The notes below the pieces were generated by a model. The model worked only from the letters and a program-made list of their open reading frames with translations, had not been told where the DNA came from and searched no databases. Below are positions 37,889 through 51,100 of a stretch of DNA of 64,000 bases, one piece after another. Each line of letters begins with the position of its first letter. The stretch's first letter is position 1. Location: assembly GCA_964234715.1 (NCBI GenBank), contig OZ174276.1. One strand, given 5' to 3'. This DNA is from Podarcis melisellensis (lineage: Eukaryota). Made by a program: the position numbers and the translations under genes.

Positions 37889-40800
37889 GATTTCCATCTG
37901 GATATGCTCAGAGTTCCTGTTATAGTAACTGCCCGATGGCTAGCAGATTTGTTAAGTCCCCAAACTGTGCTTAGGAGTGTTTATTTTATTTTAAGCTGAT
38001 TATATCTTAGAACACACCTTTTCCAGAAAAGAAACTGGAGATGTTAGAAAGACATCCCCATAGAGCAATAAAACTCTCCTATGTGAAACTGGAAAACTGA
38101 ACAAATCAGTTAAGACTTATTTCATATTGTTGAGTGTTGGCAAGTGTATAAGCCATGAGCACTGTGTGTTAAAATGACATTGAGATTAAGCAGCTAGAAA
38201 ACAGATGCAACAAAAATTGGCTGTTCATGAATGGCTAATCTAATGAAAATTCAAGTTAAATATGAACTGATATAAAAGAAGAACCTGAAGCGTGAATGGC
38301 ACTTGCGAACCATCTCATGACTGCAAGTCATAGAACAAATGTCATTTTTAAAAATATATAAATAGTAGGAATGTGATCAATAGCACCCAGAAAGCAAGGA
38401 CATCCAGTGAGAACACTGAGATGGCACAGGAGTTCAACAGAGGCAATGAGGTTTTGAACTTCAATTAAAGAACATCACAAAATTGGCATGCTGAACTTTT
38501 TTTGTTGGTCTCCTTTTAAAAGAACATTATCATTTGAACAGCTCTCTCCTTTTAAGTTTTGAGCCCATACGTTTAGATGAGAACGAAGCACAAATCATAA
38601 AGCAGTACAGCAAAGAAAGTTTCTGAGGACAAGCCTGAGTAGAAACATGTTACACATAAAATGGCTGTCCGGTTATGGTGAAATGGTTGGGTGTAATGCT
38701 CTGATTGTTTCCCCCGAAAGGCTTTCTTAAGTCATGAAAAGCAACCATCCATTGCATCAGGTTATGCAGAGAACCAGAAGAGCAAAGAAAGAGGCCATTT
38801 AATCTGTTCCTTGCCAACTAATTGTCTATTCAGGATTTGCAAATCAGGGGCAAGGAAAGGGCTCAACAACCCCTTCTCTCACTCTGCTTGCCCCTTCCTC
38901 TGTTTGAAGCCACCTATATCTACTTTACATGCCAAAAGAGAGCTTTAAGGAGAACAAGGAAGGAGAAAATGAGGATGTTAGAGGGTAGTACTAATGGCTT
39001 GAACCTAATGGAACCGGCCACTCAAATCTTAGAACTCAATGGGTGCCACTTGGTGCAAGACATAAATTTTAAAGTGCGAACAGGCTGTATCAGCCCTGAA
39101 GAAAAAGGTATCTGGTATATAAAAATAGCAAAACAAACAAACAAACCTAGCACAAGCACATTACCAATTACCTTATAGATCTGCCACATTATAAAAAGAG
39201 ACTTCTAAATCAGTATATAATCTTTAGCAATGTCTGGGAGAGCTTGCTTTAAATGAGGCGGCTCCTCAAAGTAAAATTGGTAGAGCAGAGTGCAGTGTGA
39301 TACCTCCAGACTCTGAAGAAAAAAGGAGAAAGACACCAGAAACATGGAGAGGGAGCATAAATGGGTAGGTCACTACAGAACATAGAAAAATGAGACAATT
39401 CTTATTTGGTGCAAAGCAGCAGACACACGAGAACAAAATCTGTCATGTGCTGTTGAGTATTTATGGAGCAATGGCTTAAAATATATTTTGAGAGATGGTC
39501 TGTTATTTTTCACAATTTGTGTGGGCAGTTTCACTTATGTTGGCTGATACCTGAGAACACACGTGAAGGAAAATGAGAGGACAAGGTCTATATCATGCAG
39601 GGAGCAGACTGCTAAACAGTGACAAGTGAGAAGGCCAGGAAAAGGCAAGTGAGGGATTCTCCAGACAATGGCAAGCTGGTTGAAGGATGCACAGAATATG
39701 GAAATATGACTCTGGTTTTCAAAACAGGAAGAAGAATTGAACGGATGCCTTGGAAATCTTTTTAATGCTGGGATGTGTCCAAGTCTCAATTTCCCCACAC
39801 ATACCAACAGGATAAATCGTTCTTTTTGCAACCTTGATGGTCAGTTTCTTGGGGGGGAAGGATGAAATGTGTTTCCTATTAGAAACCTGATGTTACACAG
39901 AAAGAGGGGAAAAAATGATATTTCACTGGAAGTAAAGCAAGGGAAAAGTACGCAAGAATGATAAAATTAGCTGAAGTTGTGTTATAACTTATTGGGATAG
40001 TTTGCTTGACAGCACCTCTCCCACCTACACCTCAACCCACCCAGGCCAAAGTGAGCTCATGGAACTCCACTTATCTGCAACACCTATCATCATTCAAAAA
40101 ATAAAAACATTTATTCAGCGATTATGAGAAATCTAGTCATAGTACAGACTTAGGCATTCCAGTAAAAAGAATATTGGAATACTCAGGAAGGACATAAAGG
40201 GCTATCTGCTCCTCACATTTGCTTATGACAGCTGATCAAACAAAACACTTGGCAGTATGAGGAATGAAGAGAGATCTGATAAACTCAGAGGGGAAATATT
40301 TGTTCTGTATAAATACCAAGGCAAGACAAGGCCAGACAAATGAAGAAAAAAGAGGGACAAAGAACACCGTGGTTCTTCCCCAACAGTTCTCAACATTTGG
40401 GACCTCAGGATCAATTGGGTCCATCGTCATTCACGAAAAGAGCTGCACTTCAGAATATTAGCTTCAGAATGCATATTTGGCTGGATTTATACAATCGTTT
40501 CTAATTTACTTGTGTTGATTTTTGGCTATCACAGCATGTTGGGAGCTACATGGAACTCGGTCTTCTAAAAAGATTTAACACAGACTGAATTCCTTGTTTT
40601 AAAATGGCTGCCATGATGGAGGAGTTCAGGAGCCAAAGGCCTCTTAAATCCTCCCCAAAGAGCAGGACCCACTTGAATGTTGCTGTGGCAATTGGATAAA
40701 TCCACCTTTTGGGTAACTTATGTTTGAGGTAAGACACATTAGCTAGGAAGTTCTGCCATCTATATAGTCTGTAAACTCCTAAGTTATTTGGTGGAAAGTA

Positions 40801-41017
40801 AAGCTCAAGCAATGCCTTAATTAATTTGATTTGGCTACAATCTTTCAAGGGAAGCATTCAAAAAGTTCTTTGAAGACTACAGCATCAGGGTCCTAATCAC
40901 TGCAGCCTTATTTTCTATTCTATGGAGGACATTCTTTTCTTCTGGAGAGTGCTGATAAATGTGTGCAATTCTCAGAACATTGCCTCAAGAATTGTCCCTG
41001 GCAAAGTCAAGGAGACC

Positions 41018-41251
41018 ATGGGTGGGATTCATTGTCACGCTGTTACAAATGTTCTGCCTACACAAGCATATCAGCTTGCCAGATGGAACAATCCCCCCTC
41101 CCACCGTGTTGTTCTGGGGGGCCCTCCTGCCTCCCAAGAACCAAATTTTGGGGGGTGCAGGAGGAGGAGATGGGGGGAAAGCTCTGCTGTAAAACAGAAG
41201 CCCTCCTGCAGGGCTTCCACTGATAGGGTTTATTAGATGAATCCCACCCAT
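41018..41251. mobile_element. MITE with perfect 15-bp TIR ATGGGTGGGATTCAT
   Basis: 41018-41032 is the exact reverse complement of 41237-41251; diverged relatives at ~1-210 and ~37550-37766. Confidence 0.75.
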
Positions 41252-41374
41252 TCAGAGTAAGTGGCTTGTGGACTACAGTCAGTGAGTACCTGAGAGGGTA
41301 TATAAAGAAGGACCAACCTTTTCATAAGGTCACCAGACCTATTACCTTATTTTTTTTGTACTGAAAAAGACACA
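41070..41374 (+). repeat. ~300-bp direct repeat, copy 2
   Basis: See copy 1; this copy has an extra ~15 nt (aacagaagccctcct). Confidence 0.92.
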
Positions 41375-42045
41375 ATTTCACAGATGGCCTCACAACAGCA
41401 GTCTGCAGTCATGGGAGTCAGGATTTGTTAAAAAATACATATTGTACAGGCTTTACTGTTATCCTCACAACACCCCTGTGAGGTAGGTTAGCTTTATGAA
41501 TGCCATTTCATAAATTGTAAAGGGAGGACAGGAGCATTTTCCTCAAACCCCCCTCCTTTCCATACAATTAAGAGGCAATATTCAGGAAGATCTCACTCCT
41601 TCCAGAGTCGTGTTCAAATTCACCAGTCTCGTTTGTTTGGCAGAGGCATATTGTGTCTTAGCATTGCTGTACAAACAGAGCGTCATGCAAGGGGAGTAGC
41701 ATGAGATAGTCAATCACAACTGAATAGCAAAACTCTCTTTGTACCAGAAAACAACCCCTGCAGCTTATCACGAGTGTGGCAACTGCTTGGCTGCTGACAG
41801 CCCATTTTTGAAAGGAAGTATAAAGCGTGGCTTCTCAAACCTGGAATGTTCGATGTTTAAGGCAAAGCACAACAGGAAATGAAATAATGATCAAACATGA
41901 CAGAAATAGTCCCTACAGGCAATAATAAATATATAAGGAAGCTGACAGCAGAACGTCTCTCTTTTCCCTACTCCTGAGGCTTTACAGAACTCTCTCGAAC
42001 ATGGCTGGGACAAGGAGCCCACCACTTACAACCAGTAACAGCAGT

Positions 42046-42159
42046 CTATATCTCCATATCCACGGGTCTGATATTACCGGTTTTGTGTTCTTTTACCCAC
42101 AGTTCCCTGTCTTTGGCTGGATCCACTTTCTGAAGCAACTGATCCACAGGTTCTACTGT
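42046..42159 (-). CDS. GAS7: GAS7 last coding exon TVEPVDQLLQKVDPAKDRELWVKEHKTGNIRPVDMEI*
   Basis: tttag|ACA; TAG at 42048-42046. Confidence 0.97.
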   Translation of the reverse strand, partial: TVEPVDQLLQKVDPAKDRELWVKEHKTGNIRPVDMEI

Positions 42160-45100
42160 CTAAAAGACACAGAAACAACAGCAGTGTTACCATAAGAGCA
42201 TAAGGGAATGCTTCATGAGACCCCCTAGCAAAACTGAACCACTTCCCCACCTCCTTTTCCCAGTTCTTCATATTTGTTTCCTCACCGTGCTCAGACAACA
42301 TTTCCAACTAGGCCTTGAGCTATTCCAAGGGTACCATTTTGAAAGAAGAGCAGACCACAGATATTACATCAAGGAGGCCAATGCGTTTTAATAGATCGTT
42401 TGTTTTTTCAAGTCAGCTGTGGTACTTATGCCATTGTCTACACTGGAGGGCAAGAGTTTGGCGGGCTCAGTGCAACTCTCAGGCCTTGGGTTTACAAGGG
42501 CCTGATGAAATACTGCTTCAGAAAGGAGAAAAGGCCAAGCAGACTCACGCTTTGGTTGAACATATCTGTCTCGTGCCGCAACTGCGTATATTGACAAAGG
42601 TGCTGCCGAATCATTTCCACTCTCTCCACCTCTAGCCTCTCAAGCTCCTGAAAGGAAACAATAAAAGATTTTCATTAAAAGATTGGGGATAAGGCAGTAT
42701 ACTTGAACATCAAATGAAAGGTGAGATTGCTTTATGTGAACCACCTAGAATTTCTTAGTGACTAAGAACTTCACTATTGTTCTCTAAAGAATCCATCCAA
42801 AACGAGAGCATGGATCAAACAAGAGCTGAAGCAGATGAAGGCTTTACCTGCTACCACAGCTCCTACTATGAATACCCAATCGATAGTCTCTGTAATGAGC
42901 CCTCTCAGAATGCATGGGCCACTGTAACAGTGCACAGACCAGAAAAACTGTTGCATACACAATGTATGCTGAATTTGCCAAGATAGCTTTTTAAGGTTTA
43001 ATGTTTTACTATGTTTTTATATATCCTGGAAGCCGCCCAGAGTTGGACCTGAGAATGTTGTGGCAAGATCAGGCATGGGCTGAACTTTTGATAACGTTTA
43101 CCAGATGGGCACTTATCACCCAAGTTTTGCAAGCATAACATGGAGAGACCCTACATGACATACCAGAGAGGTGGTCACCATTTCTTCAAACCACTTTGAC
43201 TGGGCTTGATTATACAGATCCACACAGCGCATGAGGTCATCTCCTGCAACACACAAAGCAAAGCAAAGAACAGTGAGTAACTTTTTTCTTTGCAAGCCCA
43301 CTCACTCGCCCTAAAGGTTACTTAGAAGTGAAAGTGCAGTTATCTACAAGTTTCTACATGCAAGGTGTTAAGACCAAAGAGAATGTAGTGTAGCTAAATC
43401 AAACTCATTAGGAGAGAAGTGAGTGGTGATCTCTCCATCCTTATTAATAGGAGTGAAACATAGTTGTCAAACACAAACCACGGGCTCATCCAGCTGGACA
43501 GCATGCCTCACAATGGAGCATTTTTGTAAGACAAACACTGAGAAAGAAACCAGTCCAGTGATTTCCTACCTCCCAGGGTATGTCCTCCTCTCCCTTCAAG
43601 GAAATCTCCCCAAGTCTCCCTAGCCACAGAGGCCAAGAGTCATGAAAATATTCAGAAACTGTGTCATGGAACAAAGGGAAAAATATTGTTTCCCACTTTT
43701 TGAAATTTCAATTTCAATTGGACTGAGAAACAAAATTACAGTTCAGGCAGGAAACAAAATGGAGTTTTTGCCCCAAGCCTTGGATATTTATTTGCTATGT
43801 CAAATGGGCAATCCATGCTTGTTTTATGGCTTCCCTTTGTTAAACTCTCTTTACTGGCCAGGAGTAGCTGTCCGGGGGGGGGGGGGGCAAGAGGAACCAT
43901 ATACCTGATCTCCTCACAGCAGAATTGCTTCCATGTACCAGAATGGTGCAGAGGTGCAGAAGGCAGCAGTGATGTCATATGAGTAAAGCCAATCAAGCGC
44001 CCCAGCCTAACCCTCACTGCTATCCTCACGTTGCAGCATGCTGGTAAGCAGCAGGAAAAGCTGCTCCTCTTATCAGTTTCAGCATGGATCATTCTAATGC
44101 TGCTACTACCTGAAACCTCAAATATTGTTTTCAAGCAGAACAAATGCAGGAGCAGACCCAGGCTAATGCTGTTTTTAAATCATATGATTTTTTTAAGCAA
44201 GGTTTTTGAGTCAAGTAGTAGTGAATATCTCTCCTGCCATCTAGTGTACAAATCAGAGAGTATGTATTTTATAAGATGCAATTTACATGGAATCAGGAAG
44301 TGTTGAATGTAGAGAGCACCTCCAGCACTACTTTCTGCTAGTCACATATTTAACATAAATACAAGGAAACAGAGAGGAAATGGACAAATTTAATCACAGA
44401 AAGTCACATCACTGAACTAACCAGCTTCAAGGAGTGTTGACAATTTGATATACTAAACTCTTGTCTGACTCTTCCAGCATTACAAAGACCTCCATAATTG
44501 GTCACTTTTCCTTAATTGCTCTACATACATTTCCTCCTCTTGTCTTTCAGATGTAAGTAACAGTGGTCCTCTGTGGGGGGGAAAGAAGCTAAATCCTGGA
44601 ACTTATCAATAGCACCTAAACCTTGGGATGTCTGTAGTAAATATTTGCAATCTAACCAGAAGGAAGGAACTGTTATGAATTCAGCCCTGATCAACACCAA
44701 ATGTTAAGATTCAGGGAGTTAGTCAGCCTTCCTCAACCTGGTGTCCATCAGATGCTGTTGAAGCAAAACTGTTATCATCCTTGGCTATTAGCCATGCTGG
44801 CTAGGACTGATGGAAGTTGTAGTCCAACAACATCTGGAGGGCATCACATTGGGGAAGTGGAGTGAGGCAGTCAGCATTTGTGCTCTCTTTATCCTCTCAC
44901 AAAATAGTGCTTCCCAAACTTTAGTTTTCTCCTAAGCTAAAACAGCAGGGACTTTGTTCCACCTAACTTTCTTTTACAGCACTGTTCCCTGCCTTCTTAA
45001 CACATGTTATCCTCACTCACCAGCTTGGGTGGACTTCCGCCTAGCCTTCTTAATTTCCTCTTCTGTCTTGTTGCTGAGTTTTATCTCCAACTGCTGTGTT

Positions 45101-48100
45101 TTCATCTCTAAATCCTTTTGCCTCTCCGATAATGCTTTTCGGGCCTTGAAACAAAAAGAAATGGCCATGAAATCCTCCTCAGCAGAAAAACAATACCCAT
45201 TTGCCTCCTCTTTTTCATATTCCTCCCCCCCTTTCAGAATTAATCACTGCAATATGGAACATATGCCCTTGTTGGAGGCCATGAACCTGGAACATGAACC
45301 ATGAGACACAGAGATTCTTCCTCTTCTGTGTGATAGTTTTAGCACCACAGAAAAGATTAAAGGTGCTCTTTAGAGTAGTTCTTCAGATGTGGCAACTATT
45401 AAATCATTAGGAATGCTGGAGCAAACAACATTTAATAATATTAATATCTACACTATGTTCGTCTGAGAAGTCAGCTACTTTGGCTTAATATAGGGCACGC
45501 TAAAAAGTTGAAGCATGAACTACATGCACTTGTTTCTTCAAACCAAAATAGATTTGGCCGGGGAAGAAACATAAGCTATCGTCGTCTGTTTCTGAAGGTG
45601 GCATTGCCAAGTTATCCCTAACCTTCAGGCAGCCCACTGACCCCCTCAAATGAACTCATCTGACTGCTTTGGCTTACCTTTTCCACGGATGCATACCGGC
45701 TAACCAGCTGCTTCCTCAGATCAGCAATGTGATGGTCATACTTCTTCATGTCTTTCTTGAAGTTTTCTCGGAAGTTGAGAAGGGGTTTCTCCACCTCTGC
45801 CTGGAGCTGAAACAAAGGGCAAGGGAAATTTGGTTGAGGAAGGACTAATGGCTGATAATTGATACACCTCTATTTTGGCCATAATTTTTTCAAGGTGTAT
45901 GGCATAGGAAATTTCCAGTTTGCGTAGTGTGGGTGACACACTCTATTTTTATTTATTTGTTTATTCATTCATTCAAGTTAAATCCCACCCATCCTTTTGA
46001 AGGAGTCCATGTTGGCAAATACATCCATAATGGAACAATTTATAAAAAAACCCAATTACAATTAAAAATATTTTCTTATCCGCAGCATCTGGTGATTCCA
46101 GGATGCCAGGAGCACTATACTTCAAACATCAATTGGAATAGTAACAGCACCGGGGGAGAAAGTATTTTTAGCCTTGTCTCCAAGTTCTGTATTCCTGATT
46201 GAAATCTCCTCCTTGAAACTGCTATTATCCCCCCTCAGAGAAAAAGACAGATGCTTGTAACAGTATTGTATTTCCCCCAACAGGACTAGCAAGTGCAGGC
46301 GGGGTGGGGGGTGGGGAATGGGTGTTCAAAAAATAGCCTTTCCCCTCAGCAATGGTGTGCCAGTCAAAATGCTGCACATCCCAATTTAACAGAGAGAAAA
46401 GAGCTGGGAGATCTGGCCATGGATTTCCCGGTCACATCTGTTATGGCTCTCAAACACAACGACATCAGTACTGTCTGCAAAGCAGACCTATTCTGTCTCA
46501 ACCAACTGCAGGAATGAAAAAGGCAACCAGGGGAAGGACATTTCCACCCCCAAGTCATGACTTAGATGCATGTGGACTACATAACCAGCCAAACACTGAC
46601 TCAGTGTATATTTCAACATGTCTGCAACAATTGAAACCATGAGGCAGGCAAAATTTGTCTGCTGTCTAATCTCTTAACGACTTGATCATGAGAAGGGCAG
46701 TTATTCAGCTGAATCAATAGTCTTGGGACTGCTGTGTATTCCTTCCAGGCACAGACTGATGAAAAAAGGTCACTTGAACTAATAGTTTTCTTTCTAAAGC
46801 AGTGCTGTGATAGCATTGAAGGTAGTTAATTTCTACCCATCCCAGATTTTCAGACTGAATACCGCCCCCAGCACACATATTATGCAGTAATCACACAACT
46901 CATACACCAAACTCCACCCACATTAACTGAGCTTGCAGCCTTGAGCATTGTGATTCCAAGGAAACTGACAAATTTATCAGATGAAAATGGAAAGAAGTTA
47001 TCTGCAGAACTTGTCTCTATCAGAGGATATGCACCCAATTAAGTGATAATTCCACAATGTGCTAACCTATTTTTCTGCTTATTTCTAAGCTGCTAACCTT
47101 TGAATAAGGCTGTTTATTATTTTTAATTGGAAGTGCAATTCAATGATAAAAGCTTTCAGATTTCACTATTTTAATGCTTTAATCTCTCCCATGGACTTGA
47201 CTCATAGGACTTGAAAAAGATCAACTTTGGCTGCTTCAAGAATGGTATTTGCCCAGATTTGGAAAGAGGATGCTGTTCCAACTAAGGAAGAGTGGCTGAC
47301 TATACTGATGGATTACGCTGAAATGGCAAAATTAACGGGTGTGCTAAGAAACCAAGAGAATTTATTATTATTATTAAGGAGTGGGGAATATTTGTGGAAT
47401 ATTTGAAAAATCATGGTATGCAACTAAGTGCATTGGTAGGGTTAACTTAATCAGTTAAAAGTATAATTAAGATTAATTGTCGAACAATTAAAAAATGGAG
47501 TAAAGTGGAAAATGCAGTGTTAAAAATTTAAATAAGAAACCACAAAAGGGGGGGAGGGAAGTCTGACATGTATTTGTATTGGAAGTACAAGACAGTAAGA
47601 TGTGTATTTGTAAACTTTTGAAAACGGAAAATACTTAATAATAATAATAATAATAATAAAACTTTGGCTGGTTCATGCCTAAAGTTTGCATATGGTGCTT
47701 TCTTAGGAATCAATGAAGGGACCACAGATCAATGGCAGAGGACATGCTTTGAGTGCAGAAGGTCCAAAGTTCAAACCTAGGCATCCCCACTTAAAAAAGG
47801 GATTGCAGAACAGATTATGTAAGAGAGCACTGCCAGCCAGAGTAAACAACAGTCTGGCCTGATGAAAGGCAGCTTCCTATCATCCAGCATTAGAGGGCCA
47901 CAACAGTCATTTGCTTAAATAGCTTCTGATTTTGGGGAAAAGCAACTCACTGGGATCCTTCTGTTCTCCAGACATCTTATCCAGTTTACCCATGAAAATC
48001 CCACAAATGCAGCTTTTATGTAAAACTGCACCCCAGTTTTCAGAAAACATGTTCTGCTGGTCTCAACCCCACACAGAAGATTCCTTATGAAGTGATTACC

Positions 48101-51100
48101 TTGGAGGAAAACTTGAGGTGAACCTCTGCTTCATCAGCCAGGCTTTTCTTCAGCTGAGACCAAGACTCTCCAAGCGTCCTGAAACATATGTTACGGGTAA
48201 GAAATTTACTCATTCATTAGCATCCAGTTCTCATCATTACAAACGTACGTTTCTGTTAGCAGTAGCATTCCAAATACTACACATAATGGGAACATTTGCA
48301 TTTCAGAGTGCTGAACTCAAAAGACAAAAAATGTAAATTATCTTACATAATTTTTCTCTCTAGACTCATGTTCAGATTCACATTCGGGGGAAGGAAGATG
48401 AGCATAATTATTTTCAGCAAAATCTCATCCCATTTCCCCCATCCACCCCCTGGAATAAATTACGCTCACAATCCCTTAGTGCTGTTTAGGCTCATAATTA
48501 CCATTCATTTGAGACAAACTAGCAACTTTTCTACCTGTGCTCTTACTTGTAGTTATAATAATTCAGCAAAGGTAACTAATGACTTCTTCAGCTACTGATT
48601 TGAGTATGTAATTTGATACTTTTTAAATACCAAAAGGGATAGCTTAACTATAAATTGAAGCATAATATGTAGAGTAGCCATAAAATGTTGATTAGATCCA
48701 GAGTGTCTCCCATCAGACTCCAATTACATTTAGGAAGGTTTTACCTAATGAGGAGCTGTTTGGATGAGTTGTTTGTTTGTTTCTTAAGCCTCAAAATGTC
48801 AAACAATTGAAATGAGCCCATGACAACACAGAGAATTGAATTAATTTTCTCAGGTGACAGAAAATAAACAATGTGATTTCTTTTAATAGCCTTTTCAAAC
48901 ATGTCTTCCAAACTCTTAGTAGCTCCTCCAAGCACAGTGTCCAATAACTTGTGAGAATTAGTCTAGTTGAGAGAATAATAACATAATGGCTATCAGTTTA
49001 GGCAATGAGCTGGAAGTTTACATGAGTTTCATCATTGAAAAAGACAGGATATAAATGTAATGAATGCCAGGTGACAAAGAAAGTTAATCTGCCTTGCTAC
49101 ATGTTCTCCCCCCCATATCACAAAAATTAAATAAGTTCCATAGCCACTGAAACACAAGAAACGTACAGGGTAAGTAAATGATACTGGACAGTTTGCTAGT
49201 GTCTGAAAGCCATCTTAATACTATAGAAAGACATGCTGAAATCCAAAGTATTTGTAGAAGACAGGAATTATTTTGCCTACATCTCTTTTGGAACCAGGAA
49301 TTGAATGCATCCAAGCAGAAACCCAATTCAGTATTTGGTATGCAGGCATGCCCCATTAAAATTCCTCTTGTCCTCCAGAGTAGAAAATGAATAAACTGTG
49401 AATTCCTGCAATCAATATACTCACCTCCAGGAGGACACAAACATTAAAAGGAACAAGGAATTTGTTAAGGGAGCAAACTAAGTTATCAGATGTTTGCGAT
49501 TCAATTATACTCTGCGGCAAGAAACATCAAAGGGTCTGTAGAGACTCCTTAGATGAACAAATTTATTTAAAGACTAACATTTATTTTGGGATATATTTTT
49601 GTAGACTAGAGTCCACCTCATCAGATGCCACGGCAAACCTAGAATATATGGAACTGCAAAGACTTATAATAAAATGTGAATCACATTTCTGAGTTGGAAA
49701 GGCCATAAAATGTGGTCAAATCCCCACCGCAAGAAAAATGAAATGTATCAAAAGGCTGCATTATATATGCTCATTGACCGCATTGGCAAATAACAGTAAG
49801 TCACGGTTAAAGGCTTATTTGGACTGAAGAGTGTGCTAGAGCACATTGCCCAATCGCTTCCACTCCAGCTTGTCCCCTAGTAGGAGAAACAAGCCATGAA
49901 GCCTGAACCTGAGATGTGGTTTGTTTCACTCTAACAAACCATGACTACTCATCGACATAAAGCCAATGTTTGTTGCTGGCTTGCTGATCTGATCCCAGTT
50001 TGGACCTGACAACAAGCCAACGATTCATGGCTGGTTGTTCCCACTGGTGAGGCACAAAGCAGGAGTAATCAGGCAGTGTGCTCTGCTCTGTCTCAATAAG
50101 ACATTAACTATGGCTTACTGCTACTTGGCAGCTGGCCTGCTATACAGCTGTGCTGGATTGAAACTTCCATGGAAAGAGAAGAGGTACATTTCTCTAGGAT
50201 CCTTACTTTTCCTTACTTTCTCTTCTAACTTCCAAACACTTAACACACTATTGAAGTATCAATACACTTTTTTCTTTTCATTTTTTTCAATGGACAGGTG
50301 AGCAACTGATCCTCTTCTTCCCCCACAGAGAACAAATTACAACCTTTCATTCTTGTGCTGATTTCCAAAGAAAGAAACCACACAGGATGGACCCAGGGTC
50401 CAATGTCAATCCCAGACAGAAAACAAGAAAGAGCGGATAAATTATTTAAGTAAAGGCACATGTTTTATAGCTACATGGGATTTCATCCACTCTCACAATG
50501 GTAAGAATATGACCTTACCCTTCTTCCTGGGCAGCCAATGAGTTTTGTGATAGTTTGGACAAGTTCTTGGCATATTCTTCCTCAATCTTTATCCTGGAGA
50601 ACGGAAGAACACCAGCAGAAATATATCAATTAGAAGAACAGTATCTCACATTACAATAGATGTTTTCACACATTGTATAACTCAACTTGCAAAACCCAAC
50701 AAGCTGAGTAATCATTATTGAAAATCCTCACCAAGGTAATACAGGTCAATTCTTGTGTCTTCAACCCCAACCCCATATATCTATGATGATGGAAAGAATA
50801 GGTTGTGTGTAACAGGACAAAGCAGCTCCACCTCCCTGGTATGTGGAACCAGGTTGGACAGCTCTTTCTGACTTGTCAAAACAGCTGAATCTAGTCCAGC
50901 TCTTACCAGAAGCCAAAGCAAGATTTCGGTTTTCTTTAAGTCAAAAAATGTATTTATGATGCAAGAGGATCCACCTGCAAGAGGATCTTTCTCTGCTACT
51001 CCTCATAGTGAGATATTCCATTGTTCTACATAGCCCCATCAATACAAACAGGCTAATAAATAAGGTGTGATGAACAAGTAGCCCTTTGACAATCTGCTTG

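Larger units (their letters stand above)
32910..42045 (-). other. GAS7: Predicted long (~9.1 kb) GAS7 3'UTR
   Basis: AT-rich, repeat-poor sequence from the stop codon to a strong poly(A) cassette; mammalian GAS7 also has a multi-kb 3'UTR. Distal end inferred. Confidence 0.6.

Noticed and set aside
37588-37896. GATTTCCA flanking repeat copy 1 as an 8-bp TSD
   Set aside because: The left instance aligns with MITE-internal sequence and the right resembles the end of copy 2 (CAATTTCA), so coincidence or microhomology is equally likely
37597-41374. The two 300-bp direct repeats as LTRs of a 3.8-kb LTR retroelement (they contain a TATA box)
   Set aside because: No TG..CA ends, PBS/PPT, outer TSD or gag/pol remnants; part of the repeat is a TIR element
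33000-42045. miRNA seed matches in the GAS7 3'UTR (e.g. miR-17-family 8mer at 39070-39077)
   Set aside because: Single seeds are expected by chance in 9 kb; needs conservation data
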